A DNA stretch of 64,000 bases from assembly GCF_036321535.1 (NCBI RefSeq), contig NC_087436.1:2294001-2358000 (forward strand), given 5' to 3'. A program made the position numbers and the translations under genes. Below the pieces are notes generated by a model, which saw only the letters and a program-made list of their open reading frames with translations, made no database searches and was not told the origin of the DNA. The DNA comes from Camelus dromedarius. Taxonomy: Eukaryota. Of the stretch, positions 12,677-27,136 are shown one piece after another. Position 1 is the first letter of the stretch. Each line of letters opens with the position of its first letter.

Positions 12677-15549
12677 TAAAACCGAGCTGGAACTAGTACC
12701 TCCCCATATATATGTATGGAGGGTAGTTTGCAACTGAAAAGAAACTTTGTGTTCCCAACAAGCTAGGTGAAGGAAGACATTCACACACACTTATTTCTCA
12801 GAAATGAGCATGTGGAGAGACGTTCGTTCATCTATCACAAAGGGAACGGGTTGCAGAAGAAAATTTGTCTCTGGTCTCTCAGTCTGTTTCCTAGTGCCGG
12901 TTTGAAGTTCCTGCAGTTTTCACTGTAAATCCGAGTTGGAGCAATTACCTCCCTATATATATGTATGGAGTGGAGTTTGCAACTGAAAAGAAACTTTGTG
13001 TTCCCAACAAGCTAGGTGAAGGACGGCTTTCACACACACTTATCTCTCAGAACTGAGCATGTGGAGAGAAGTTCGTTCATCTATCACAAAGGGAACGGGT
13101 TGCAGGAGGAACTTTTACTCTGGTTTCTCAGTCTGTTTCCTGTTGCCGGTTTGAAGTTCGTGCAGTTTTCACTGTAAAACCGAGTTGGAGCTAGTACCTC
13201 CCCATATATATGTATGGAGAGGAATTTGCAACTGAAAGGAACTTTGTGTTCCCAAGGAGCTAGGTGAAGGACGGCTTTAACACACACATATCTCTCAGAA
13301 CTGAGCATGTGGAGAGATATTCGTTCAACTAGCACAAAGGGAACGGGTTGCAGGAGAAAATTTTACTCTGGTTTCTCAGTCTGTTTCCTAGTGCAGGTTT
13401 GAAGTTCCTGCAGTTTTCACTGTAAAACCGAGTTGGAGCTTGTACCACCCCTTATATATGTATGGAGTGGAGTTTGTAAGTGAAAAGAAATTTTGTGTTC
13501 CCAACAATCTAGGTGAAGGACGTCTTTCACACACACTTATCTCTCAGAACTTAGCATGTGGAGAGACGTTCGTTCATCTAGCAAAAAGGGAACGGGTTGC
13601 AGGTGAAACTTTACTCTGGTATCTAAGTCTGTTTCCTAGTGCCGGTTTCAATTTCCTGCAGTTTTCACTGTAAAACCGAGTTGGAGCTAGTACCTCCCCA
13701 TATATATGTATGGAGTGGAGTTTGCAACTGAAAAGAAACTTTGAGTTCCCAACAAGCTAGGTGAAGGACGGCTTTCACATACATTTAACTCTCAGAACTG
13801 AGCAAGTGGAGAGACGTTCGTTCATCTAGTACAAATGGAACGGGATGCAGGTGAAACTTTTTCTCTGGTTTCTCAGTCTGTTTCCTGTTGCCGGTTTAAA
13901 GTTCCTGCAGTTTTCACTGTAAAACCGAGTTGGAGCTTGTACCTCCCATATATATGTATGGAGTGGAGTGTGCAACTGAAAGGAACTTTGTGTTCCCAAG
14001 AAGCTAGGTGAAGGACGGCTTTCACACACACTTATCTCTCAGAACTGAGCATGTGGAGAGACGTTCGTACATCTAGCACAAAGGGAACGGGTTGCAGGAG
14101 AAACTTTTACTCTGGTTTCTCAGTCTGTTTCCTAGTGCCGGTTTGAAGTTCCTGCAGTTTTCACTGTAAAACCGAGTTGGAGCTTGTACCTCCCCATATA
14201 TATGTATGGAGTGGAGTTTGCAAGTGAAAAGAAACTTTGTGTTCCCAACAAGCTAGGTGAAGGACGGCTTTCAAACACACCTATCTCTCAGAACTGAGCA
14301 TGTATAGAGACGTTCGTTCATCTAACACAAAAGGAACGGGTTGCAGGAGAAACTTTACTCTGTTTTCTCAGTCATTTCCTAGTGTCAGGTTTTAAGTTCC
14401 TGCAGTTTTCACTGTAAAACCGAGTTGGAGCTAGACCCTCCCCATATATATGTATGGAGTGGAGTTTGCAACTGAAAGGAACTTTGTGTTCCCAAGGAGC
14501 TAGGTGAAGGACGGCTTTAACACACACTTATCTCTCAGAACTGAGCATGTGGAGAGATGTTCGTTCAACTAGCACAAAGGGAACGGGTTGCAGGTGAAAC
14601 TTTTACTCTGGTTTCTCAGTCTGTTTCCTAGTTCCGGTTTGAAGTTCCTGCAGTTTTCACAGTAATACAGATTTGGAGTTTGTACCACCCCTTATATATA
14701 TATGGAGTGGAGTTTGTAAGTGAAAAGAAATTTTGTGTTCCCAACAATCTAGGTGGAGGACGGCTTTCACACACACTTATCTCTCAGAACTTAGCATGTG
14801 GAGAGACGTTCGTTCATCTAGCAAAAAGGGAACGGGTTGCAGGTGAAACTTTACTCTGGTATCTCATTCTGTTTCCTAGTGCCGGTTTCAAGTTCCTGCA
14901 GTTTTCACTGTAAAACCGAGTTGGAGCTAGTACCTCCCCACATATATGTATGGAGTGGAATTTGCAACTGAAAAGAAACTTTGTGTTCCCAACAAGCTAG
15001 GTGAAGGACGGCTTTCAAACACAATTATCTCTCAGAACTGAGCAAGTGGAGAGACTTTCGTTCATCTAGTACAAATGGAACGGGATGCAGGTGAAACTTT
15101 TTCTCTGGTTTCTCAGTGTGTTTCCTGTTGCCGGTTTGAATTTCCTGCATTTTTCACTGTAAAACCGAGTTGGAGCTAGTACCTCCCCATATATATGTAT
15201 GGAGTGGAGTTTCAACTGAAAAGAAACTTTGTTTTTCCAAAAAGCTAGTTGAAGGACTGCTTTCACTCACAATTATCTCTCAGATCTCAGCATGTGGAGA
15301 GACGTTCGTTCATCTAGCACAAAGGGAAAGGGTTGCAGGAGAAACTTTACTCATTTATCTCAGTCAGTATCCTAGTGCCGTTTTGAATTTCCTGGAGTTT
15401 TCACTGTAAAACCGAGTTGGAGCTAGTACCTCCCTATATATATGTATGGATTGGAGTTTGCAACTGAAAAAAAAATTTGTGTTCCCAACAATAAAGGTGA
15501 AGTACGGCATTCACACACAATTATCTCTCAGAACTGAGCATGTGGATAG

Positions 15550-18500
15550 ACGTTCGTTCATCTAGCACAATGGGAACGGGTTGCAGGAGAAACTTTTACT
15601 CTGGTTTCTTAGTCTGTTTCCTAGTTCCGGTTTGAAGTTCCTGCAGTTTTCACTGTAAACCGGAGTTTTAGCTAGGAGCTCCCCATATATATGTATGGAG
15701 TGGAGTTTGCAAGTGAATAGAAACTTTGTGTTCCCAAGAAGCTATGTGAAGGACGGCTTTCACACACACTTATCTCTCAGAACTGAGCATGTGGAGAGAC
15801 GTTCGTTCATCTAACACAAAGGGAACGGGTTGCAGGAGAAACTTTTACTCTGGTTTCTCAGTCTGTTTCCTAGTGCCGGTTTGAAGTTCCTGCAGTTTTC
15901 ACTGTAAAACAGAGTTGGAGCTAGTACCAACCCATATATATGTATGGAGTGGATTTTGCAACTGAAAAGAAACTTTGTGTTCCCAACAAGCTAGGTGAAG
16001 GACGGCTTTCACACAAACTTATCTCTCAGAAATGAGCATGTGGAGAGACATTCGTTCATCTAGCACAAAGGGAACGGGATGCGGTAGAAAATTTGACTCT
16101 GGTTCCTCAGCCTGTTTCCTAGTGCCGGTTTGAAGTTCCTGCAGTTTTCACTGTAAAACCGAGTTGGAGCTATTACCTCCCTATATATATGTATGGAGTG
16201 GATTTTGCAACTGAAAAGAAACTTTGTGTTACAAACAAGCTAGGTGTAGGATGGATTTCACCACACATTTCTCTCAGAACTGAGCATGTGGAGAGATGTT
16301 CGTTTATCTATCACAAAGGGAACGGGTTGCAGGAGAAATTTTACTCTGGTTTCTCAGTCTGTTTCCTAGTGCCGGTGTGAAGTTCCTGCAGTTTTCACTG
16401 TAAAACCGAGTTGGAACTAGGAGCTCCCCATATATATGTATGGAGTGGAGTTTGCAACTGAAAAGAAACTTTGTGTTCCCAAGAAGTTAGGTGAAGGACG
16501 GCTTTCACACACAATTATCTCTCAGAACTGAGCATGTGGAGAGACGTTCGTTCATCTAGCACAAAGGGAAAGGGTTGCAGGAGAAACTTTACCCATTTAT
16601 CTCAGTCTGTTTCCTAGTGCCGGTTTGAAGTTCCTGCAGTTTTCATTGTAAATCCGAGTTGGAGCTATTACCTCCCTATATATATGTATGGAGTGGAGTT
16701 TGAAACTGAAAAGAAACTTTGTGTTCCCAACAAGCTAAGTGAAGGACGGCTTTCACACACACTTATCTCTCAGAACTGAGCATGTGGAGATACGTTCGTT
16801 CATCTAGCACAAAGGGAACGGGTTGCAGGGGAAACTTTTACTCTGGTTTCTCAGTCTGTTTCCTGTTGCCGGTTTGAAGTTCCTGCAGTTTTCACTGTAA
16901 AACCGAGTTGGAGCTAGTACCTCCCCATATATATGTATGGAGTGGAGTGTCAACTGAAAAGAAACTTTGTGTTCCCAAAAAGCTAGGTGAAGAACGGCTT
17001 TCACACACACTTATCTCTCAGAACTGAGCATGAGGTGAGACGTTCGTTCAGCTATCACAAAGGGAACGGGTTACAGGAGAAAATTTTACTCTAGTTTCTC
17101 AGTCGTTTTCCTAGTGCCGGATTGATGTTCCTGCAGTTTTCACAGTAAAACAGAGTTGGGGCTAGTACCTCCCCATATATATGTATGGATTGGATTTTGC
17201 AACTGAAAAGAAACTTTGTGTTCCCAACAAGTTATGTGAAGGACGGCTTTCACACACACTTATCTCTAAGAACTCAGCATGTGGAAAGACGTTCGTTCAT
17301 CTAGCACAAAGGGAAAGGGTTGTAGGAGAAACTTTACTCATTTATCTCAGTCAGTTTCCTAGTGCCGTTTTGAAGTTCCTGCAGTTTTCACTGTAAAATC
17401 GAGTTGGAGCTAGTACCTCCCCATATATATGTATGGAGGGTAGTTTGCAACTGAAAAGAAACTTTGTGTTCCCAACAAGCTAGGTGAAGGAAGACTTTCA
17501 CACACACTTATCTCTCAGAAATGAGCATGTGGAGAGACGTTCGTTCATCTAGCACAATGGGAACGGGTTGCAGGAGAAACTTTTACTCTGGTTTCTTAGT
17601 CTGTTTCCTAGTTCCGGTTTGAAGTTCCTGCAGTTTTCACTGTAAACCGGAGTTTTAGCTAGGAGCTCCCCATATATATGTATGGAGTGGAGTTTGCAAG
17701 TGAATAGAAACTTTGTGTTCCCAAGAAGCTATGTGAAGGACGGCTTTCACACACACTTATCTCTCAGAACTGAGCATGTGGAGAGACGTTCGTTCATCTA
17801 ACACAAAGGGAACGGGTTGCAGGAGAAACTTTTACTCTGGTTTCTCAGTCTGTTTCCTAGTGCCGGTTTGAAGTTCCTGCAGTTTTCACTGTAAAACAGA
17901 GTTGGAGCTAGTACCAACCCATATATATGTATGGAGTGGATTTTGCAACTGAAAAGAAACTTTGTGTTCCCAACAAGCTAGGTGAAGGACGGCTTTCACA
18001 CAAACTTATCTCTCAGAAATGAGCATGTGGAGAGACATTCGTTCATCTAGCACAAAGGGAACGGGATGCGGTAGAAAATTTGACTCTGGTTCCTCAGTCT
18101 GTTTCCTAGTGCCGGTTTGAAGTTCCTGCAGTTTTCACTGTAAAACCGAGTTGGAGCTATTACCTCCCTATATATATGTATGGAGTGGATTTTGCAACTG
18201 AAAAGAAACTTTGTGTTACAAACAAGCTAGGTGTAGGATGGATTTCACCACACATTTCTCTCAGAACTGAGCATGTGGAGAGATGTTCGTTTATCTATCA
18301 CAAAGGGAACGGGTTGCAGGAGAAATTTTACTCTGGTTTCTCAGTCTGTTTCCTAGTGCCGGTGTGAAGTTCCTGCAGTTTTCACTGTAAAACCGAGTTG
18401 GAACTAGGAGCTCCCCATATATATGTATGGAGTGGAGTTTGCAACTGAAAAGAAACTTTATGTTCCCAAGAAGTTAGGTGAAGGACGGCTTTCACACACA

Positions 18501-19523
18501 ATTATCTCTCAGAACTGAGCATGTGGAGAGACGTTCGCTCATCTAGCACAAAGGGAAAGGGTTGCAGGAGAAACTTTACCCATTTATCTCAGTCTGTTTC
18601 CTAGTGCCGGTTTGAAGTTCCTGCAGTTTTCATTGTAAATCCGAGTTGGAGCTATTACCTCCCTATATATATGTATGGAGTGGAGTTTGAAACTGAAAAG
18701 AAACTTTGTGTTCCCAACAAGCTAAGTGAAGGACGGCTTTCACACACACTTATCTCTCAGAACTGAGCATGTGGAGATACTTTCGTTCATCTAGCTCAAA
18801 GGGAACGGGTTGCAGGGGAAACTTTTACTCTGGTTTCTTAGTCTGTTTCCTGTTGCCGGTTTGAAGTTCCTGCAGTTTTCACTGTAAAACCGACTTGGAG
18901 CTAGTACCTCCCCTTATATATGTATGGAGTGGAGTGTCAACTGAAAAGAAACTTTGTGTTCCCAAAAAGCTAGGTGAAGAACGGCTTTCACACACACTTA
19001 TCTCTCAGAACTGAGCATGAGGTGAGACGTTCGTTCAGCTATCACAAAGGGAACGGGTTACAGGAGAAAATTTTACTCTAGTTTCTCAGTCGTTTTCCTA
19101 GTGCCGGATTGATGTTCCTGCAGTTTTCACAGTAAAACAGAGTTGGGGCTAGTACCTCCCCATATATATGTATGGATTGGATTTTGCAACTGAAAAGAAA
19201 CTTTGTGTTCCCAACAAGTTATGTGAAGGACGGCTTTCACACACACTTATCTCTCAGAACTCAGCATGTGGAAAGACGTTCGTTCATCTAGCACAAAGGG
19301 AAAGGGTTGTAGGAGAAACTTTACTCATTTATCTCAGTCAGTTTCCTAGTGCCGTTTTGAAGTTCCTGCAGTTTTCACTGTAAAATCGAGTTGGAGCTAG
19401 TACCTCCCCATATATATGTATGGAGGGTAGTTTGCAACTGAAAAGAAACTTTGTGTTCCCAACAAGGTAGGTGAAGGAAGACTTTCACACACACTTATCT
19501 CTCAGAAATGAGCATGTGGAGAG
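15550..19523 (+). repeat. Tandem duplication of an 8-monomer block (period 1987 bp)
   Basis: Matching translations at 16189/18176 and 17181/19168. The variant CAATGGG is at 15568 and 17555. Confidence 0.92.
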
Positions 19524-22500
19524 ACGTTCGTTCATCTATCACAAAGGAACGGGTTGCAGAAGAAAATTTGACTCTGGTCTCTCAGTTTGTTTCCAAGTGC
19601 CGGTTTGAAGTTCCTGCAGTTTTCACTGTAAATCCGAGTTGGAGCTATTACCTCCCTATATATATGTATGGAGTGGAGTTTGCAACTGAAAAGAAACTTT
19701 GTGTTCCCAACAAGCTAGTTGAAGGACGGCTTTCACACACACTTATCTCTCAGAACTGAGCATGTGGAGAGAAGTTCGTTCATCTATCACAAAGGGAACG
19801 GGTTGCAGGAGAAACTTTTACTCTGGTTTCTCAGTCTGTTTCCTGTTGCCGGTTTGAAGTTCGTGCAGTTTTCACTGTAAAACCGAGTTGGAGCTAGTAC
19901 CTCCCCATATATATGTATGGAGAGGAATTTGCAACTGAAAGGAACTTTGTGTTCCCAAGGAGCTAGGTGAAGGACGGCTTTAACACACACATATCTCTCA
20001 GAACTGAGCATGTGGAGAGATATTCGTTCAACTAGCACAAAGGGAACGGGTTGCAGGAGAAACTTTTACTCTGGTTTCTCAGTCTGTTTCCTAGTGCAGG
20101 TTTGAAGTTCCTGCAGTTTTCACTGTAAAACCGAGTTGGAGCTTGTACCACCCCTTATATATGTATGGAGTGGAGTTTGTAAGTGAAAAGAAATTTTGTG
20201 TTCCCAACAATCTAGGTGAAGGACGTCTTTCACACACACTTATCTCTCAGAACTTAGCATGTGGAGAGACGTTCGTTCATCTAGCAAAAAGGGAACGGGT
20301 TGCAGGTGAAACTTTACTCTGGTATCTCAGTCTGTTTCCTAGTGCCGGTTTCAATTTCCTGCAGTTTTCACTGTAAAACCGAGTTGGAGCTAGTACCTCC
20401 CCATATATATGTATGGAGTGGAGTTTGCAACTGAAAAGAAACTTTGAGTTCCCAACAAGCTAGGTGAAGGACGGCTTTCACATACAATTAACTCTCAGAA
20501 CTGAGCAAGTGGAGAGACGTTCGTTCATCTAGTACAAATGGAACGGGATGCAGGTGAAACTTTTTCTCTGGTTTCTCAGTCTGTTTCCTGTTGCCGGTTT
20601 AAAGTTCCTGCAGTTTTCACTGTAAAACCGAGTTGGAGCTTGTACCTCCCATATATATGTATGGAGTGGAGTTTGCAACTGAAAGGAACTTTGTGTTCCC
20701 AAGAAGCTAGGTGAAGGACGGCTTTCACACACACTTATCTCTCAGAACTGAGCATGTGGAGAGACGTTCGTACATCTAGCACAAAGGGAACGGGTTGCAG
20801 GAGAAACTTTTACTCTGGTTTCTCAGTCTGTTTCCTAGTGCCGGTTTGAAGTTCCTGCAGTTTTCACTGTAAAACCGAGTTGGAGCTTGTACCTCCCCAT
20901 ATATATGTATGGAGTGGAGTTTGCAAGTGAAAAGAAACTTTGTGTTCCCAACAAGCTAGGTGAAGGACGGCTTTCAAACACACCTATCTCTCAGAACTGA
21001 GCATGTATAGAGACGTTCATTCATCTAACACAAAAGGAACGGGTTGCAGGAGAAACTTTACTCTGGTTTCTCAGTCATTTCCTAGTGTCAGGTTTTAAGT
21101 TCCTGCAGTTTTCACTGTAAAATCGAGTTGGAGCTAGTACCTCCCCATAAATATGTATGGAGTTTAGTTTGAAATTGAAAAGAAACTTTGTGTTCACAAC
21201 AAGCTAGGTGAAGGACGGCTTTCACACACACTTATCTCTCAGATCTGAGCATGTGGAGAGACTTTCGTTCATCTACCACAAAGGGAACGGGTTGCAGGAG
21301 AAACTTTTTCTCTGGTTTCACAGTCTGTTTCCTGTTGCCGGTTTGAAGATCCTGCAGTTTTCACTGTACAACCGAGTTGGTGCTAGTACCTCCCCATATA
21401 TATGTATGGAGTGGAGTTTCAACTGAAAAGAAACTTTGTGTTCCCAAGAGGCTAGGTGAAGGACGGGTTTCACACACACTTATCTCTCTGAACTGACAAT
21501 GTGTAGAGAGCTTCGTTCATCTAGCACAAAGGGAACGGGTTGCAAGAGAAACTTTTCTCTGTTTTCTCAGTCTGTTTCCTAGTGCCGATTTGAAATTCCT
21601 GCAGTTTTCACTGTAAAACCGAGTTGGATCTAGTAACTCCCCATATAAATGTATGGAGTGGAGTTTGCAACTGAAAAGAAACTTTGTGTTACCAACAAGC
21701 TAGGGGAAGGACGGCTTTCACACACACTTATCTCTCAGAACTGAGCAAGTGGAGAGACGTTCGTTCATCTAGCACAAAGGGAACGGGTTGCAGGAGAAAC
21801 TTTTTCTCTTGTTTCTCAGTCTGTTTCCTGTTGCCGGTTTAAAGTTCCTGCATTTTCACTGTAAAACCTAGTTGGAGATAGTACCTCCCCATATATATGT
21901 ATGGAGTGGAGTTTGCAACTGAAAGGAACTTTGTGTTCCAAAGGAGCTAGGTGAAGGACGGCTTTAACACACACTTATCTCTCAGAACTGAGCATGTGGA
22001 GAGATGTTCGTTCAACTAGCACAAAGGGAACGGGTTGCAGGTGAAACTTTTACTCTGGTTTCTCAGTCTGTTTCCTAGTTCCGGTTTGAAGTTCCTGCAG
22101 TTTTCATAGTAATACAGATTTGGAGCTTGTACCACCCCTTATATATGTATGGAGTGGAGTTTGTAAGTGAAAAGAAATTTTGTGTTCCCAACAATCTAGG
22201 TGAAGGACGGCTTTCACACACACTTATCTCTCAGAACTTAGCATGTGGAGAGACGTTCGTTCATCTAGCAAAAAGGGAACGGGTTGCAGGTGAAACTTTA
22301 CTCTGGTATCTCAGTCTGTTTCCTAGTGCCGGTTTCAAGTTCCTGCAGTTTTCACTGTAAAACCGAGTTGGAGCTAGTACCTCCCCACATATTTGTATGG
22401 AGTGGAATTTGCAACTGAAAAGAAACTTTGTGTTCCCAACAAGCTAGGTGAAGGACGGCTTTCAAACACAATTATCTCTCAGAACTGAGCCAGTGGAGAG

Positions 22501-25500
22501 ACTTTCGTTCATCTAGTACAAATGGAACGGGATGCAGGTGAAACTTTTTCTCTGGTTTCTCAGTCTGTTTCCTGTTGCCGGTTTAAAGTTCCTGTAGTTT
22601 TCACTGTAAAACCGAGTTGGAGCTAGTACCTCCCCATATATATGTATGGAGTGGAGTTTGCAACTGAAAGGAACTTTGTGTTCCCAAGGAGCTAAGTGAA
22701 GGACGGCATTAACACACACTTATCTCTCAGAACTGAGCATGTGGAGAGATGTTCGTTCAACTAGCACAAAGGGAACGGGTTGCAGGGGAAATTTTACTCT
22801 GGTTTCTCAGTCTGTTTCCTGTTGCCGGTTTGAATTTCCTGCATTTTTCACTGTAAAACCGAGTTGGAGCTAGTACCTCCCCATATATATGTATGGAGTG
22901 GAGTTTCAACTGAAAAGAAACTTTGTTTTTCCAAAAAGCTAGTTGAAGGACTGCTTTCACTCACAATTATCTCTCAGATCTCAGCATGTGGAGAGACGTT
23001 CGTTCATCTAGCACAAAGGGAAAGGGTTGCAGGAGAAACTTTACTCATTTATCTCAGTCAGTATCCTAGTGCCGTTTTGAATTTCCTGGAGTTTTCACTG
23101 TAAAACCGAGTTGGAGCTAGTACCTCCCTATATATATGTATGGAGTGGAGTTTGCAACTGAAAAAAAACTTTGTGTTCCCAACAATAAAGGTGAAGGACG
23201 GCTTTCACACACACTTATCTCTCAGAACTGAGCATGTGGAGAGACTTTCGTTCATCTAGCACAAATGGAACGGGTTGCAGGAGAAAATTTTACTCTGGTT
23301 TCTCAGTCTGTTTCCTAGTGCCGGTATTAATTTCCTGCAATTTTCACTGTAAAACAGAGTTGGGGCTAGTACCTCCCCATATATATGTATGGAGTGGAGT
23401 TTGCAACTGAAAAGAAACTTTGTGTTCCCAACAAGCTAGGTGAAGGACGGCTTTCACACACACTTATTTCTGAGAACTGAGCATGTGGAGAGACGTTCGT
23501 TCATCTAACACAAAGGGAACGGGTTGCAGGAGAAACTTTTACTCTGGTTTCTCAGTCTGTTTCCTAGTGCCGGTTTGAAGTTCCTGCAGTTTTCACTGTA
23601 AAACAGAGTTGGAGCTAGTACCAACCCATATATATGTATGGAGTGGATTTTGCAACTGAAAAGAAACTTTGTGTTCCCAACAAGCTAGGTGAAGGACGGC
23701 TTTCACACACACTTATCTCTCAGAAATGAGCATGTGGAGAGACATTCGTTCATCTAGCACAAAGGGAACGGGATGCTGTAGAAAATTTGACTCTGGTTCC
23801 TCAGTCTGTTTCCTAGTGCCGGTTTGAAGTTCCTGCAGTTTTCACTGTAAAACCGAGTTGGAGCTAGTACCTCCCTATATATATGTATGGAGTGGATTTT
23901 GCAACTGAAAAGAAACTTTGTGTTACAAACAAGCTAGGTGTAGGATGGATTTCACCACACATTTCTCTCAGAACTGAGCATGTGGAGAGATTTTCGTTTA
24001 TCTATCACAAAGGGAACGGGTTGCAGGAGAAATTTTACTCTGGTTTCTCAGTCTGTTTCCTAGTGCCGGTGTGAAGTTCCTGCAGTTTTCACTGTAAAAC
24101 CGAGTTGGAACTAGGAGCTCCCCATATATATGTATGGAGTGGAGTTTGCAACTGAAAAGAAACTTTGTGTTCCCAAGAAGTTAGGTGAAGGACGGCTTTC
24201 ACACACAATTATCTCTCAGAACTGAGCATGTGGAGAGACGTTCGTTCATCTAGCACAAAGGGAAAGGGTTGCAGGAGAAACTTTACCCATTTATCTCAGT
24301 CTGTTTCCTAGTGCCGGTTTGAAGTTCCTGCAGTTTTCATTGTAAATCCGAGTTGGAGCTATTACCTCCCTATATATATGTATGGAGTGGAGTTTGAAAC
24401 TGAAAAGAAACTTTGTGTTCCCAACAAGCTAAGTGAAGGACGGCTTTCACACACACTTATCTCTCAGAACTGAGCATGTGGAGATACGTTCGTTCATCTA
24501 GCACAAAGGGAACGGGTTGCAGGGGAAACTTTTACTCTGGTTTCTCAGTCTGTTTCCTGTTGCCGGTTTGAAGTTCCTGCAGTTTTCACTGTAAAACCGA
24601 GTTGGAGCTAGTACCTCCCCATATATATGTATGGAGTGGAGTGTCAACTGAAAAGAAACTTTGTGTTCCCAAAAAGCTAGGTGAAGAACGGCTTTCACAC
24701 ACACTTATCTCTCAGAACTGAGCATGAGGTGAGACGTTCGTTCAGCTATCACAAAGGGAACGGGTTACAGGAGAAAATTTTACTCTAGTTTCTCAGTCGT
24801 TTTCCTAGTGCCGGATTGATGTTCCTGCAGTTTTCACAGTAAAACAGAGTTGGGGCTAGTACCTCCCCATATATATGTATGGATTGGATTTTGCAACTGA
24901 AAAGAAACTTTGTGTTCCCAACAAGTTATGTGAAGGACGGCTTTCACACACACTTATCTCTCAGAACTCAGCATGTGGAAAGACGTTCGTTCATCTAGCA
25001 CAAAGGGAAAGGGTTGTAGGAGAAACTTTACTCATTTATCTCAGTCAGTTTCCTAGTGCCGTTTTGAAGTTCCTGCAGTTTTCACTGTAAAATCGAGTTG
25101 GAGCTAGTACCTCCCCATATATATGTATGGAGGGTAGTTTGCAACTGAAAAGAAACTTTGTGTTCCCAACAAGCTAGGTGAAGGAAGACTTTCACACACA
25201 CTTCTCTCTCCGAAATGAGCATGTGGAGAGACGTTCGTTCATCTATCACAAAGGGAACGGGTTGCAGAAGAAAATTTGACTCTGGTCTCTCAGTTTGTTT
25301 CCTAGTGCCGGTTTGAAGTTCCTGCAGTTTTCACTGTAAATCCGAGTTGGAGCTATTACCTCCCTATATATATGTATGGAGTGGAGTTTGCAACTGAAAG
25401 AAACTTTGTGTTCCCAACAAGCTAGGTGAAGGACGGCTTTCACACACACTTATCTCTCAGAACTGAGCATGTGGAGAGAAGTTCGTTCATCTATCACAAA

Positions 25501-27136
25501 GGGAACGGGTTGCAGGAGAAACTTTTACTCTGGTTTCTCAGTCTGTTTCCTGTTGCCGGTTTGAAGTTCGTGCAGTTTTCACTGTAAAACCGAGTTGGAG
25601 CTAGTACCTCCCCATATATATGTATGGAGAGGAATTTGCAACTGAAAGGAACTTTGTGTTCCCAAGGAGCTAGGTGAAGGACGGCTTTAACACACACATA
25701 TCTCTCAGAACTGAGCATGTGGAGAGATATTCGTTCAACTAGCACAAAGGGAACGGGTTGCAGGAGAAAATTTTACTCTGGTTTCTCAGTCTGTTTCCTA
25801 GTGCAGGTTTGAAGTTCCTGCAGTTTTCACTGTAAAACCGAGTTGGAGCTTGTACCACCCCTTATATATGTATGGAGTGGAGTTTGTAAGTGAAAAGAAA
25901 TTTTGTGTTCCCAACAATCTAGGTGAAGGACGTCTTTCACACACACTTATCTCTCAGAACTTAGCATGTGGAGAGACGTTCGTTCATCTAGCAAAAAGGG
26001 AACGGGTTGCAGGTGAAACTTTACTCTGGTATCTAAGTCTGTTTCCTAGTGCCGGTTTCAATTTCCTGCAGTTTTCACTGTAAAACCGAGTTGGAGCTAG
26101 TACCTCCCCATATATATGTATGGAGTGGAGTTTGCAACTGAAAAGAAACTTTGAGTTCCCAACAAGCTAGGTGAAGGACGGCTTTCACATACATTTAACT
26201 CTCAGAACTGAGCAAGTGGAGAGACGTTCGTTCATCTAGTACAAATGGAACGGGATGCAGGTGAAACTTTTTCTCTGGTTTCTCAGTCTGTTTCCTGTTG
26301 CCGGTTTAAAGTTCCTGCAGTTTTCACTGTAAAACCGAGTTGGAGCTTGTACCTCCCATATATATGTATGGAGTGGAGTTTGCAACTGAAAGGAACTTTG
26401 TGTTCCCAAGAAGCTAGGTGAAGGACGGCTTTCACACACACTTATCTCTCAGAACTGAGCATGTGGAGAGACGTTCGTACATCTAGCACAAAGGGAACGG
26501 GTTGCAGGAGAAACTTTTACTCTGGTTTCTCAGTCTGTTTCCTAGTGCCGGTTTGAAGTTCCTGCAGTTTTCACTGTAAAACCGAGTTGGAGCTTGTACC
26601 TCCCCATATATATGTATGGAGTGGAGTTTGCAAGTGAAAAGAAACTTTGTGTTCCCAACAAGCTAGGTGAAGGACGGCTTTCAAACACACCTATCTCTCA
26701 GAACTGAGCATGTATAGAGACGTTCGTTCATCTAACACAAAAGGAACGGGTTGCAGGAGAAACTTTACTCTGGTTTCTCAGTCATTTCCTAGTGTCAGGT
26801 TTTAAGTTCCTGCAGTTTTCACTGTAAAATCGAGTTGGAGCTAGTACCTCCCCATATATATGTATGGAGTTTAGTTTGAAATTGAAAAGAAACTTTGTGT
26901 TCACAACAAGCTAGGTGAAGGACGGCTTTCACACACACTTATCTCTCAGATCTGAGCATGTGGAGAGACTTTCGTTCATCTACCACAAAGGGAACGGGTT
27001 GCAGGAGAAACTTTTTCTCTGGTTTCACAGTCTGTTTCCTGTTGCCGGTTTGAAGATCCTGCAGTTTTCACTGTACAACCGAGTTGGTGCTAGTACCTCC
27101 CCATATATATGTATGGAGTGGAGTTTCAACTGAGAA

